Assembly (NCBI GenBank): GCA_030390025.1
Contig: JASTWF010000351.1
Location: forward strand, 248,001 to 312,000
Length of the DNA stretch: 64,000 nt
Source: Squalus acanthias
Taxonomy: Eukaryota
Direction of reading: 5' to 3'
The first letter of the stretch is position 1, and each line of letters opens with the position of its first letter. This document shows, piece after piece, positions 12,316 to 23,849 of the stretch. The notes beneath the pieces were generated by a model. It did no database searches, was not told the origin of the DNA, and was given only the letters and a program-made list of their open reading frames with translations. Position numbers and translations under genes: made by a program.

Positions 12316-13476
12316 TTAGAAGCGGCTTGCTATCAGCCGTTGACGGACGGCCCTTGCAGTTTCACCATTGTGGGCCGCCCTCCCGCCTTGGTGCTGCTGA
12401 TGATCATCCTCCTCGTCCTCTTCCTCCTTTTCCTCCTCCTCCTCTGGTGGTGCTCCAAGGCCTGGTGGCATTGGTTGGGTCCTGACGATTGCCATGTTAT
12501 GCAACATGCAGCACACAACTACGAAGTTGGATACTCGCTCAGGCGAGTACTGCAGGGCTCCTCCAGAATGGTCGAGACAGCGGAACCGTTGCTTCAGCAC
12601 GCCGATTGTACGCTCAATGATGTTCCTGGTAGCTTGATGGCTCTCGTTGTACTGCAGCTCAGCAGGGGTGTTGGGCGTACGGAGCAGTGTCATCAGCCAG
12701 GTGCTCAATGGATACCCCTTGTCCCCGAGAAGCCAACCAACTGGCTGATGCGGTGCCTCGAAAAGTTCTGCCACAGTAGTCTGGCGCAGGATGAAAGCAT
12801 CGTGGCAGCTGCCAGGATAGTGGGCATTGACAGCGAGTATCAGCTGTCTGTGGTCACAGACCAACTGAACATTCAAGGAATGGAACCCCTTTCTGTTCCA
12901 GAATTCCTCGGCATTCTCATGTGGAGCACGCAAAGCCACATGCATGCAGTCAATGGCCCCCTGCACCATGGGGAAGCCCGCTATCCTCGCAAAGCCCAGA
13001 GCGCGGTCACGCTGCTTGTCTGGGGTCATGGGGAAAGAGATGAACTCTCGTCTCCTTTTAAAGAGGGCATTTGTGACCTGCCGGATGCAGCAATGCACCG
13101 CGAACTGGGAGATATTGGCGAGGTCCCCAGCAGCAGCTTGAAATGAGCCAGTAGCATAGAAGTTGAGAGCCACTGTGACCTTCACTGCCACCGACAGAGA
13201 CGTCCTGGACCTCAGTTGAGGCTGCAGATCTGGCTGCAGCAGGTGGCAGAGCTCAGTGACTACCTCCTTGCTGAATCGCAGCCTTCGCAAACACAGCTCC
13301 TCAGACATATGAATGTAGGAGAGCTGTTCACGATATACCCTGGGAGGGTAAGCTCTCCTGTACATACGCCTGTTGGCCCTCCTCCGTCTGGCCATCATTG
13401 CCACTCTCTCTCTGCGTCTCTGTGTCCTCCGATTCAGCTGGAGCAGGACGATGTCCCCAATCAGTGCAGCCCCCAT
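12316..13476 (-). CDS. Harbinger DDE transposase (HARBI1-like family), 386 aa, open
   Basis: ATG at 13476. Motifs GAIDCMHV, NRKGFHSLNVQLVCD, PGSCHDAFIL, LLGDKGYPL, RNIIERTIGVLKQRFRCL, CCMLHN. Confidence 0.95.
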   Translation of the reverse strand: MGAALIGDIVLLQLNRRTQRRRERVAMMARRRRANRRMYRRAYPPRVYREQLSYIHMSEELCLRRLRFSKEVVTELCHLLQPDLQPQLRSRTSLSVAVKVTVALNFYATGSFQAAAGDLANISQFAVHCCIRQVTNALFKRRREFISFPMTPDKQRDRALGFARIAGFPMVQGAIDCMHVALRAPHENAEEFWNRKGFHSLNVQLVCDHRQLILAVNAHYPGSCHDAFILRQTTVAELFEAPHQPVGWLLGDKGYPLSTWLMTLLRTPNTPAELQYNESHQATRNIIERTIGVLKQRFRCLDHSGGALQYSPERVSNFVVVCCMLHNMAIVRTQPMPPGLGAPPEEEEEKEEEDEEDDHQQHQGGRAAHNGETARAVRQRLIASRF

Positions 13477-13989
13477 AGTCTCTTTGCAAGCAAAGTTATG
13501 AAGGACAGCAACCAAAGTACCAGCGAAGTTAGGATCAGTAGGCAAAACTACCTCACAAAGCGTTGACTCAATGCAGAAGTCTCTCTTTCTCTCTCTCCGA
13601 ATCTCTCTCTCTCTCTCTCAGAACGAGTGGTGCAAAAATGTCAACCACAGAAAAAGACAGGAAGAGGCCCCCTTTAAATAGCGCCCCCCCCCAGCCCCAC
13701 AGCGATTGATAGTGTTCCAGTCTTCCAGTCGTTGGATGCGCCAGGCGGTAAGGCAGGGGGCGCCACTCAATTTCCGCTCCGGGGCGCCACAAGGGCATTG
13801 CACCATGGAATGACGTCACAATCTGCGTGCGCAGGTGGTCGCAGCGGAAAAGTTTAGCGCCGCCGCACAATGTCTAGTTAAGTTCCCGAGCGGCGCAAAC
13901 ATCGCTGCGCCCGGGCGCTAGCGGCTTTGCGCCCCATTAGCGCCCTCTTAAGGTGCTAACGGGAGGCGCAACCAACTGAATTTTGACTC

Positions 13990-16280
13990 TAAGTGAATGT
14001 GGCTTTAACCCTGGATGTGTATGTGGAATGTGATGTGCTTTTATTCTGTATCTGTCAGTGTCGGACGTGTGAATGTGGGTTTAACGCTGTAACTGTTAGG
14101 TTCTGATGTGTGTGGGGGGATTCCCGCTGTACCTGTCCGTTTCTGGTATGTGAGAGTGAGTTTTACTCTGCATCAGTCAGTCTCTGCTGTGTGGATGTTG
14201 GTTCTACATTACACCCATCGGTCACTGGTATGCTAGTATTGTTTTTTCTCTGTATCAGTCAGTTTCTGATACGTGAGTGTGCGTTCTCCTTTCTACCTGT
14301 CAATTTTTCGTGTAGAAGGGTGGGTTTACTCTCAATGTGTAAGCTTCTGGTTTGTGTGTGTGGGTTTTAGTGTGTATCTATCAGTCTCTGGTATGTGAGT
14401 GGGAGTATTTTTTCTCTATCTTTCAGTTTCATGGATGTGTGTGTGGATTTTATTCTGTACCTGTCAGCATCTGGTATGTGAGTGTGGGTTTCACTCGGTA
14501 TCTATCAACAACGTAGTAAAACGTCCCAACGCGCTGCACAGGGGTATGTTAAGACAACAAATTTGACTCCGTTCCACATAAGGGTAAATTAGTGCAGGTC
14601 ACCAAAGGCTTGGTCAAAGAGGTATGTTTTAAGGAGCGTCTTAAAGGAGGAAAGAGAGGTAGAGAGGCGGAGAGGTTTAGGGAGGGAATTCCAGAGCTGA
14701 GGACCTCGGCAACAGAAGGCACTACCACCAAAGGTTGAGCGATTAAAATCAGGGATGCTCAAGAGGGCAGAATTAGAGGAGCTTAGATATCTCAGGGTGG
14801 GGGGGGGGGGGGTTGTGGGGCTGAAGGAGATTACAGAGATGGGAAGGGACGAGGGCGTGGAGGGATTATGTGAGTATGGGCTTTCCTCTGTATCGGTCAG
14901 TTTCTGTTATGGGAGTTTGGGTTTTATTCTGTACCTGTCATGTTCCACTATGAGTGTGGACCTTACTCTATATCTGCCAGTTTGACTGTGGGTTTTCCTT
15001 TGTACCTGTCAGTTTCTGGTATGGAAGAGAGGTTTTTCCCCTGTACCTGTTAGTTACTGGTGAGTATGGGCTTTACTTTGTATCGCTCAGTTTCTGTTAT
15101 GGGTATATGGGTTTTACTTTGCATCTATCAGTCTCTGGCACATGAATGTTGGTTGTTTTTTGTACCTGTCAGTTTCTGATATGTAAACGTCAGTTTAATT
15201 TTGAGTCTGTGATTTTCTGGTTTGTGAGTGTGGTTTTCTCTCTGCATTACTCAGTTAGCGGTTTGTGAATGTGGGTTCTTCTCTGTACCCATCGATCTCT
15301 ATTATGCTAGTATTGGTTTAACTCTGTACCAGTCAGTATCTGATAAATGAGTGCAGGTTTTCATTTCTACCAGTCAATTACTGCTATGGAAGTGAGGCTT
15401 TTACTCTGTGTCTGTAATTTTCCTGTATGTGACAGTGGGTTTTAGTCTTTATCTGTCAGTCTCTGCTTTGTGAGTGTTGTTTATTTTTTTCCACTATCTT
15501 CCGATTCTGGTATGCGAATGCTGGTTTTGTTATGTACCTGTCAGCTTCTGGTATGTGATTTCGAGTTTCACTCTGTGTCAGTCAGTCTGTAGGGTGGGAG
15601 TTTCTGTTTATTCATTATCAGTCAGTCTCTGGTGTATCAGTTTGGTTTTAGTCACCTTCCCTCATTCTCTGGTATGAGAGTATGGTTTTTTCTCTGTAAC
15701 TTTCATTTTAAATGTATGAGATTGTAGGTTTTATTCGGTACCTGTCTGTGGGTTTTTCTTTGTACTTGTCAGCGTCTGGTATGGGAATGTGAATTTTATT
15801 CTGCACCTGTCATTTCTGAAATGTGATTGTGGCTTTTCTCTGTTCCTGACATTTTCTGTGTGTTAGTGTAGATTGTAATCGGTACCTGCCAGTTTCTGGG
15901 ATGGGAGTGTGATTTTTACTCTGTATCTGTCAGTCTCTGGTTTGTGAGTGAGTGTTTGACTCTGTTCCTGTCAGCCTGACATCCAACTGTTTTAAATGCC
16001 TCTAAACTCTGCAGCTCTGCTACCCCACCTGGTGGACTATTCTGGACATTTCTCACCCTTTGTTTGACGAAGTTCCCACCGCCGTCTGTTGTAAATTAAT
16101 TCTACTGTAGTTCACATCAATGTTCCCTCTTTTGTTTTAAGAGTGCGGTCTCTTTAATTGGTGCGCAGACCATTCAAATTTTTGTTGAGTCTCTCGTATC
16201 TGAGTGTGAGTTGTATTCTGCATCTGCCAGTCTCTGGGATATGAGTGTGGATTTTACTCTGTATCTGTTATTCCCTGGGA
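13990..16280 (+). repeat. Degenerate ~41-bp satellite, interrupted by an L2 fragment
   Basis: Same consensus as 2371-5700. Confidence 0.75.
14506..14866 (-). mobile_element. L2-type LINE 3' fragment
   Basis: Minus strand reads ...SSNSALLSIP...GGSAF...PQLWNSLP...LSSFKTLLKTYLFDQAF, typical of an L2 ORF2 C-terminus. Confidence 0.8.
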
Positions 16281-16584
16281 TGTGAGCATGGAACTCCCGA
16301 TTGGCACAATCCAGGATTATATCGCCCACTCCCATGAGACTATGTGTAACGTTCCGGGTCGCTTCCTGGAATATAACCACAGGTACCTGGGCTGTACACC
16401 ATTGTTTTCAGTCTATTGAAACCGAGTTGAGGGATTGTGTAATTAACAGAATGTGGCAGTGCCCTGATCCTGATGTATCCGAGGGAGCGACAATACATCT
16501 CTCGATCATCTGCAGCTCCGTTCTGGAGAACTGAACGCACCAAAAAAAAAAAACCAATTTTTGAAATGTGTTCTTTCACAAGCC

Positions 16585-16950
16585 GCTCTAATCTCTGATT
16601 TAATACATTCTGCCACTTCAATGCTGCTATCAGGAGGTCTGCGGAAAACTTCCATTTCACTTTTAAGTCCTCTCTTGTCCTCAGTTTTAACCATGGAGGC
16701 TTCATTGATTACTTTCCCTCGTCTATATCTTCTCTGACTAATGCTGCAATAGTACATTTAATCAGTAAGGGTACCCCTCCTCCTCTTTCATTTGCCCTGT
16801 CCTTTCTAAAGATTTTCTAACCTGAAATATTAAACACCCAATCATGACCAGCGTGCAGCCATGTCTCTGTAACGGCCACCATGTCCGCCCCTCTCAGCTG
16901 TATTTGAGCTTCTAATTCACTCAATGTATTTCTTATACTCCAAGCGACAG
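16585..16950 (-). mobile_element. Decayed CR1 APE endonuclease fragment
   Basis: Minus strand reads SIRN...VAVTETWL...IFRKDR...GGGV.LLIK...RRPP, with stops and frameshifts. Confidence 0.75.
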
Positions 16951-17294
16951 TCTGTAAATCTCTTCCTTGGGCAAGAGACCCTCACCTGTCCTTCTGCCCT
17001 GATGCTGCCTTTTTCACACCGTTTAATTTAACACGTTTCTTATTTGTCATTGCTGCTGCAACGACTGTAGTTATTTTAGTATTACCTTCCCCTGGAGTAT
17101 CCATAGCACAGTTCGTGACCTGAACTCTGCTCTTCCCCCTTTTTTGTGTTTTTTAATTACCATTGTTACTATTGTTTTTATTGCATATGGAAGATTAAAG
17201 GATTTTGTCAATTGTAATGGACATTTTTTTTTACTTATATGCAAGGTCCCATAAATCAGTTCTGACCTGCGAGGGGTATTAAAAGTACCTGGGT

Positions 17295-17366
17295 TGCGAT
17301 GGCCGGTAATCGAACCCAGGTCAATTGCTTGGAAGGGAGCTATGCTCACCACTATACCACCACCAT
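17295..17366 (-). tRNA. tRNA-Gly(TCC)-like gene, probably a pseudogene
   Basis: Minus strand ATGGTGGTGGTATAGTGGTGAGCATAGCTCCCTTCCAAGCAATTGACCTGGGTTCGATTACCGGCCATCGCA matches the vertebrate tRNA-Gly(TCC) pattern, with mismatches in the acceptor, anticodon and T stems. TTTT follows ~10 nt downstream. Confidence 0.9.
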
Positions 17367-17509
17367 GTGCTTTGCTTATGTTTACGGACTATATCCTTCT
17401 TTTGGCTCCTAAGTGGGTCACGTAATATAAATAGCAATCATTTTAATCAGAACGTTAGCACTGTGCTGAGGCACTTTCCCTCCAATTACAAATGGCCACT
17501 GTCAGTGCT

Positions 17510-18066
17510 TCACTCAGTATCTGTCAGTCTCTGGGATGTGAGTGTGTATTTTACTCTGTATCTGTCAGTCTCTGGGATGTGAGTGTGTGTTTTACTCTGT
17601 ATCTGTCAGTCTCTGGGATGTGAGTGTGTGTTTTACTCTGTATCTGACAGTCTCTGGGATGTGAGTGTGTGTTTTACTCTGTATCTGTCAGTCTCTGGGA
17701 TGTGAGTGTGGGTTTTACTCTGTATCTGACAGTCTCTGGGATGTGAGTGTGTGTTTTACTCTGTATCTGACAGTCTCTGGGATGTGAGTGTGTGTTTTAC
17801 TCTGTATCTGACAGTCTCTGGGATGTGAGTGTGGGTTTTACTCTGTATCTGACAGTCTCTGGGATGTGAGTGTGGGATCCACTCTGTATCTGTTAGTCTC
17901 TGGGATGTGAGTGTGGGTTCCACTCTGTGTCGGTCAGTCTCTGGGATGTGAGTGTGGGTTTTACTCTGTATCTGACAGTCTCTGGGATGTGAGTGTGGGA
18001 TCCACTCTGTATCTGTTAGTCTCTGGGATGTGAGTGTGGGTTCCACTCTGTATATGTTAGTCTCTG
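17510..18066 (+). repeat. Homogeneous 41-bp tandem array (GGGATG variant, ~13 units)
   Basis: CTGTCAGTCTCTGGGATGTGAGTGTGTGTTTTACTCTGTAT, period 41 (17521, 17562 and onward). Confidence 0.95.
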
Positions 18067-18069
18067 TAC

Positions 18070-18216
18070 CAATGTCTTGTCTAAGCTGGATGTCTGGGGA
18101 ACCCACGCAGGCTGCTCACCGGCTCTTCATTGAAGAAACCGCACATGTGCAAAAACTTGAATGAGCCACACACCAGTTGAAGGGGCTGCACACCCCAAAA
18201 AATAGAGGGAACATTG
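18070..18216. mobile_element. hAT-like MITE with degenerate TIRs and an 8-bp TSD
   Basis: Left end CAATGTCTTGTCTA, right end TAGAGGGAACATTG; flanks CTCTGTAC and TTCTGTAC (7/8). Related ends at ~16118 and ~19932. Confidence 0.6.
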
Positions 18217-20335
18217 TTCTGTACCTGTCAGTTGGTTGTATTTGAGTGGGGTTTTATTATGTACCTGGCAATCTCTGGAACGTGTGTGTGGGTTTATGCT
18301 GTAACTGTCAGTTTATGATATATGAGTGTGGGTTTATTTGGTACCTGCCAATTTCAGGAATGGGAGTGTGGAGTTTAGTCTCTAACTCTCAGTTTGTGGT
18401 ATGAGTGTGGGTTTAACTCTGCATTTGTCAGTTTCTGGGTTCTGACTGTGGGTTTGACTCTGCATCTGTCATTTACTGGGGTGTGAGTGTGGGATTGAAT
18501 CTACATCTCTCAGTCTCTGGTATGTGAATGTGTGTTTTATTCTGCAACTCTCACTCTCTTTTATGGGAGTGTTGATTTTGCTCTGTATCTGTCTGTCTCT
18601 GGTATGTTAGTGTGGATTTTTCTCTGTATCTGTTAGTCTCTGGTATGTGAATGTGGGTTTTACTCTGTATTTGTTAGTCTCTGGTATGTGAGTGTGGGTT
18701 TTACTCTGTATTTGTTAGTCTCTGGTATGTGAGTGTGGGTTTTACTGTGTATCTGTCAGTCTCTGGTATGTGAGTTGGCTTTTACTCTGTATCTGTTAGT
18801 CTCTGTTATGTGAGGATGGGTTTTACAGTGTATCTGTTAGTCTCTGGTATGTGAGTGTGCGTTTTACTGTGTATCTGATGGTCTCTGGTATGTGAGTGTG
18901 GTTTTACTCTGTATCTGTTAGTCTCTGTTATGTGAGGATGGGTTTTACTGTGTATCTGTTAGTCTCTGGTATGTGAGTGTGCGTTTTACTGTGTATCTGA
19001 TGGTCTCTGGTATGTGAGTGTGGGTTTTACTGTGTATCTGTTAGTCTCTGGTATGTGAGTGTGAGTTTTACTGTGTATCTGTTAGTCTCTGGTATGTGAG
19101 TGTGGGTTTTACTGTGTATCTGTTAGTCTCTGGTATGTGAGTGTGGGTTTTCCTGTGTATCTGTTAGTCTCTGGTATGTGAGTGTGGGCTTAACTCTGTA
19201 TCTGTTAGTCTCTGGTATGTGAGTGTGGGCTTTACTTTGTATCTGTTAGTCTCTGGTATGTGAGTGTGGGTTTTACTCTGTATCTGTTAGTCTCTGGTAT
19301 GTGAGTGTGGCTTTTACTGTGTATCTGTTAGTCTCTGGTATGTGAGTGTGGGTTTTACTCTGTATCTGTTAGTCTATGTGAGGATGGCTTTTACTGTGTA
19401 TCTGTTAGTCTCTGGTATGTGAGTGTGGTTTTACTCTGTATCTGTTAGTCTCTGGTATGTGAGTGTGGCTTTTACTGTGTATCTGTTAGTCTCTGGTATG
19501 TGAGTGTGAGTTTTACTGTGTATCTTTTACTCTCTGGTATGTGAGTTGGGTTTTACTCTGTATTGTTAGTCTCTGGTATGTGAGTGTGAGTTTTACTCTG
19601 TATCTGTTAGTCTCTGGTATGTGAGTGTGGGTTTTACTGTGTATCTGTTAGTCTCTGGTATGTGAGTGTGGGTTTTCCTGTGTATCTGTTAGTCTCTGGT
19701 ATGTGAGTGTGGGCTTAACTCTGTATCTGTTAGTCTCTGGTATGTGAGTGTGGGCTTTACTCTGTATCTGTTAGTCTCTGGTATGTGAGTGTGGGTTTTA
19801 CTCTGTATCTGTTAGTCTCTGGTATGTGAGTGTGGCTTTTACTGTGTATCTGTTAGTCTCTGGTATGTGAGTTGGGTTTTACTTTGTATCTGTTAGGCTC
19901 TGGTATCTGAGTGTGGGTTTTACTCTATAGCAAATGTTCCCTTTAAGTGCAGGTCCTGTGCAGCAGATCCTACGGTGTTCTAATGGCAACAACTGCACAT
20001 GCAAGTTAATCTGAAAGGATGGCGCAGCTCAAAAAAACTAGTCTCTGGGAATTGAGTTTGGGTTTTACTCTGTATCTGTCTATCATTTAAGTGCGGATTT
20101 CACACTGTTTCTGTTAATCTCTGGGAAGTGAGTGTGGGTTTTACTCTCTACCTGTCTGTCTCTGGTATGTGACTGTGGGCTTTATTCTTTACCTTTCAAT
20201 TATGTGAGTGTGGCTTTCTCTCTGTCCCTGGTGTGTGAGTGTGGGTTTTACTGTGTGTTGTTCAGTCAGTGGCTGATTGCGGGTTTTATCTCGGTATTAA
20301 TCAGACTCTGATATGTGAGTGTGTGTTTGACTTTA
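18217..20335 (+). repeat. 41-bp satellite with a homogeneous core at ~18580-19925 (TGTTAG variant)
   Basis: About 30 near-identical units TCTGTTAGTCTCTGGTATGTGAGTGTGGGTTTTACTCTGTA. Confidence 0.95.
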
Positions 20336-21681
20336 TATGATTGAAAATATGGAATTTTTTTGAAAGTGAAAGTCTTGTAAATGTTCCTATTCAAAGGGTT
20401 TTGAGTGTCCTAGTACATGAAACACAGTTGGTTAACAACAAGCAATTGAATTTTATATTTGCCCTTATTGCAAGTGGTTGGAGTAAGGTAGTGTTGGTGC
20501 AACTTTATAGGTCAGGGATGAGGAGAAATTTACTCCATCGGAGGGTTATGAATTTTCTCAATTCTCTTTAAAAAATTGGAAAATTCTTGACAGAGAACAA
20601 GGTGACTGAAATCAGAGTCTCGTCCCTTAAAAAAGCTTTTAATTCGTCGGCAGGCGCTGTAAATGAACGGGACTGAGAGGAAAGGGAAAGAGTGACCAGG
20701 GTCCGAGTTTGTAGTTCTCCACAGCCGAGCACAGAGGAAGCGGCATCCTCTGGCAGAGCTGGGGGAGCGATGCTCGCATGGGCCCTTCCCGTCGGTTTAA
20801 ATGTGTGGGGGAGGGGGAGGCGAAGCTTGTATTTTAGCGCATGCTCAGACTTCTTTTTATGACACTTAAATCAGCCAAAATGTGATTGTTTTACAAATCG
20901 CTTTTGTCATTCATTAAATGGGCCCCATTGAGACGATGTTAATTATCATGCGAATTACTGATAAAACGAGTGTGTGACCCGGGCACTGGAGTGGGAGTTC
21001 CTGAAGAGGTTTACACATTCCAACAGTTGAGATTTTTTTTCACCCACAGGCGGGGTGGGGTGGGGGGGTGGGGGTGTCTGGGACTATTTTGCCTGAAAGG
21101 GTGGTAGAGGCAGAAACCCTCATCGCATTTCAAAAAGTGCTTGGATATGACCATGACGTCCCGTAAACTGCAAGGCAACGGACCAAGAGTTTTAAAGTGG
21201 GATTTGGCTTTATAGATTTTTTATGGCCGACACAGACACGATGGGCTGAATGGCCCCCTTCTGGGCCGTAAATTTCTATAATACTAAACATCGCAGAGAC
21301 AGACAGCTATAGAGTAAATCACACACTCACATACTAGACACTAAGAAATACGCAACAACTCTGTCAAATCCCAGAAAGTGACAGATATAGAGTAAAATCA
21401 ACACCCACATAAATACCGACCAGAAATTGACAGGTACAGAAGGGCCGCTACCGACAAGGCTCGGCCGGCAGAGGCGAAGGGTGGAATAGCCTCCTTCTGT
21501 GCCGTAAATGTCTACGATTCTATGACTAAAGGCCATTCGATCCATCGTGCATATGCTGATTTAAAACACCTCCACACCTAAATTAGATCTTGGAATAAAA
21601 TATAGAACTACACCGATCACAATGTAAATCCACAATCTATCCCCGTTCCCAGGTCACTGCTCTCTCTGTGAGGTGGTGGGT

Positions 21682-21697
21682 GGCTCTCAAAAGAGCC
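21682..21697 (-). promoter_or_regulatory. Histone 3' stem-loop of H4(-)
   Basis: GGCTCTTTTGAGAGCC followed by ACCCA and CAGAGAGAGCAG. Confidence 0.95.
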
Positions 21698-21731
21698 TTT
21701 GTGTTGTGTTTGGTAGAAAGAGTCGAGTTGT

Positions 21732-22052
<321 letters not shown>

Positions 22053-22401
22053 TCACTTAAATCGTTGCTGAATGAGATATTCTCGCCTTACAGCTTTCTT
22101 TATGCAGCCTTAGCGGACCTGGCTGAGAAAGGCAGACGGTACGTGAGGCGGAAGTAAGGGGGGTTGAATGAGAGACAGAGCAGAGAGAGCGGGGAGGAAG
22201 AAGACAGTCTCAGAGTGAAAGAGAGAAATGGCTCTGAGCTTCCAGCAACATCTCCACGTTGAAGTTACAAACCTCTTTAAAATCTTCACAAAAGCTTAAT
22301 ATATTCAGATTAATCCTGATAATCAAGGATTTCCAGAAAAGCAATAAACGGAATATATAATTAAAATTCAATAAATGAGACACGCTGCACTTCAAATCTA
22401 T

Positions 22402-22625
22402 TATAGAATCATAGAATATTTACAGCGCAGTAGGACGACATTTGGCCCGTTGAGCCAGTGTCGGCTCTCTGCAAGAGCACTTCTTCTAGTCCCACTCCCC
22501 CGCCCTTTCTCCGTAGCCCTGCATGTTTTTCCTTCAGTTACTTATCCAATTCCCATTTGAAAACTACGATTGATTCTGTTTCTACCACCTTCACAGTCAG
22601 TACATTCCAGATCCTGACCACTCGC
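22402..22625 (-). mobile_element. CR1-type LINE/SINE 3' tail fragment
   Basis: ATAGAATCATAGAAT tail and a RVVRIWNVL-like reading on the minus strand. Confidence 0.65.
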
Positions 22626-23043
22626 CTTCCAGAAAAGCAATAGGCGGATAATACAATTCAAATTCATTAAAGGAGACAGGCTGCCCTTCACATTTATTAT
22701 AGAATCATTACAGCACATTGGAGGCGATTCGGACCGTCTGAAATCCGCATCTCATCCCGAAAACGAACTTTTAATTGTTCGGCAGCCGCTGGAAATAAAG
22801 TCCTAGAGTCTGAGTGCAAATGGAAAGAGCGACCGGGGATCGTCTTTGCAGTTTACTGGGCGGGGAATTCAACAACGACGGTAAGGTCGATCCGGTCAGT
22901 GAAACTGCTTATCTGAAAATTCAAAAGCAAATCTATAGCTGGAACTTTAAGCGTGCTCAAACACAATTGTTCAGGAAATAAATACAGTAAATTGATTCTG
23001 AATGGAAATGCGTTTGTGTAGCTCGTTCAGAGAGGTTGTGGGT

Positions 23044-23059
23044 GGCTCTTAAAAGAGCC
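23044..23059 (-). promoter_or_regulatory. Histone 3' stem-loop of H2B copy 1
   Basis: GGCTCTTTTAAGAGCC followed by ACCCA. Confidence 0.95.
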
Positions 23060-23099
23060 GTTGTGTTTTGGGTTTGTTCCTTCAGGACAGCGTGGAGTT

Positions 23100-23474
23100 T
23101 TACTTGGAGCTGGTGTACTTGGTCACCGCCTTTGTCCCTTCCGACACGGCGTGCTTGGCCAACTCCCCGGGCAGCAGCAGGCGCACGGCGGTCTGGATCT
23201 CCCGGGAGCTGATGGTGCTGCGCTTGTTGTAATGGACCAGGCGGGAAGCCTCACCCGCGATGCGTTCAAAAATATCGTTCACAAACGAGTTCATGATGCC
23301 CATGGCCTTGGAGGAGATGCCGGTGTCAGGGTGAACCTGCTTCATCACTTTATAGATGTAGATGGAGTAACTCTCCTTCCTCGACTTTCTGCGCTTCTTG
23401 CCGCCCTTCGCTACCGGTTTGGTGACGGTTTTCTTGGCGCCCTTCTTGGCAACTGTTTTCTTTTCGTCAACCAT
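23100..23474 (-). CDS. H2B: Histone H2B, 124 aa
   Basis: ATG 23474: MVDEKK...[27 protein letters not shown]...AVTKYTSSK. Confidence 0.98.
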   Translation of the reverse strand: MVDEKKTVAKKGAKKTVTKPVAKGGKKRRKSRKESYSIYIYKVMKQVHPDTGISSKAMGIMNSFVNDIFERIAGEASRLVHYNKRSTISSREIQTAVRLLLPGELAKHAVSEGTKAVTKYTSSK

Positions 23475-23524
23475 TCTCAAACTCGATTTCAGAAGCAAAA
23501 TGACGCAAACCCGCTCCGCGCTCG

Positions 23525-23662
23525 GCTTAAATAGCCTGCCCTCACAGCCCTATGCTAATGAGGGATGGGTGAAGGCAATGATTGTGATTGGCTGGTTAGA
23601 GTGATGTCAATTTCCATTGTTCTGCATCTCTCTGATTGGCTTCCTGATGTACCCAATCAGAT
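23525..23662 (-). promoter_or_regulatory. H2B promoter: TATA-like box, variant octamer, CCAAT boxes
   Basis: TATTTAAG ~23526-23533, CTCATTAGCAT ~23552-23562, CCAAT at ~23587, ~23635 and ~23654. A paralogous promoter lies at ~42795-42915. Confidence 0.75.
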
Positions 23663-23849
23663 TGAGTGATTGCCAGCAGCACGCCCCCTGCAGTCAGAAA
23701 GGTCATTGCAAGACCAGAGGAATCTGCCCATTCATCATTTCCCAGACCATTATCCAGGGCCCCAAGCACTCCTGCCGGATGGGACAGCAATTTAGATGTA
23801 CTTCCTCCAACCTGTGCACTATATTCACGCCTTGCGGTGTGGTCCCCGC

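Larger units (their letters stand above)
9767..13989. mobile_element. PIF/Harbinger DNA transposon with convergent Myb/SANT-like and DDE transposase genes; ends approximate
   Basis: Two-gene Harbinger architecture and GC-rich subterminal regions. Termini match only imperfectly (GGGGAAAAATT vs reverse complement GAGTCAAAATT) and no clean TSD is visible. Confidence 0.88.

Noticed and set aside
12211..13146. 311-aa plus-strand ORF with a hydrophobic stretch
   Set aside because: Antisense shadow of the transposase; the hydrophobic run mirrors its poly-Glu/Asp codons.
12316..13476. Domesticated host gene HARBI1
   Set aside because: Paired with a Myb-like gene and subterminal repeats in TE-rich DNA, which fits a transposon; orthology cannot be shown here.
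17756..18106. Satellite-derived ORFs (THTHIPETDR repeats; Cys/Val/Phe-rich plus-strand ORFs) as zinc-finger or membrane proteins
   Set aside because: The 41-bp period is not a multiple of 3 and there is no C2H2 spacing; these are translation artefacts of the repeat.
18580..19925. Satellite units as a micro-exon array (each has a pyrimidine-rich AG and a GTATGT/GTGAGT)
   Set aside because: Implied introns of ~30 nt are too short for vertebrate splicing and nothing else supports it.
17510..19930. CRISPR-like array
   Set aside because: Head-to-tail repeats with no unique spacers, no cas genes and a eukaryotic context.
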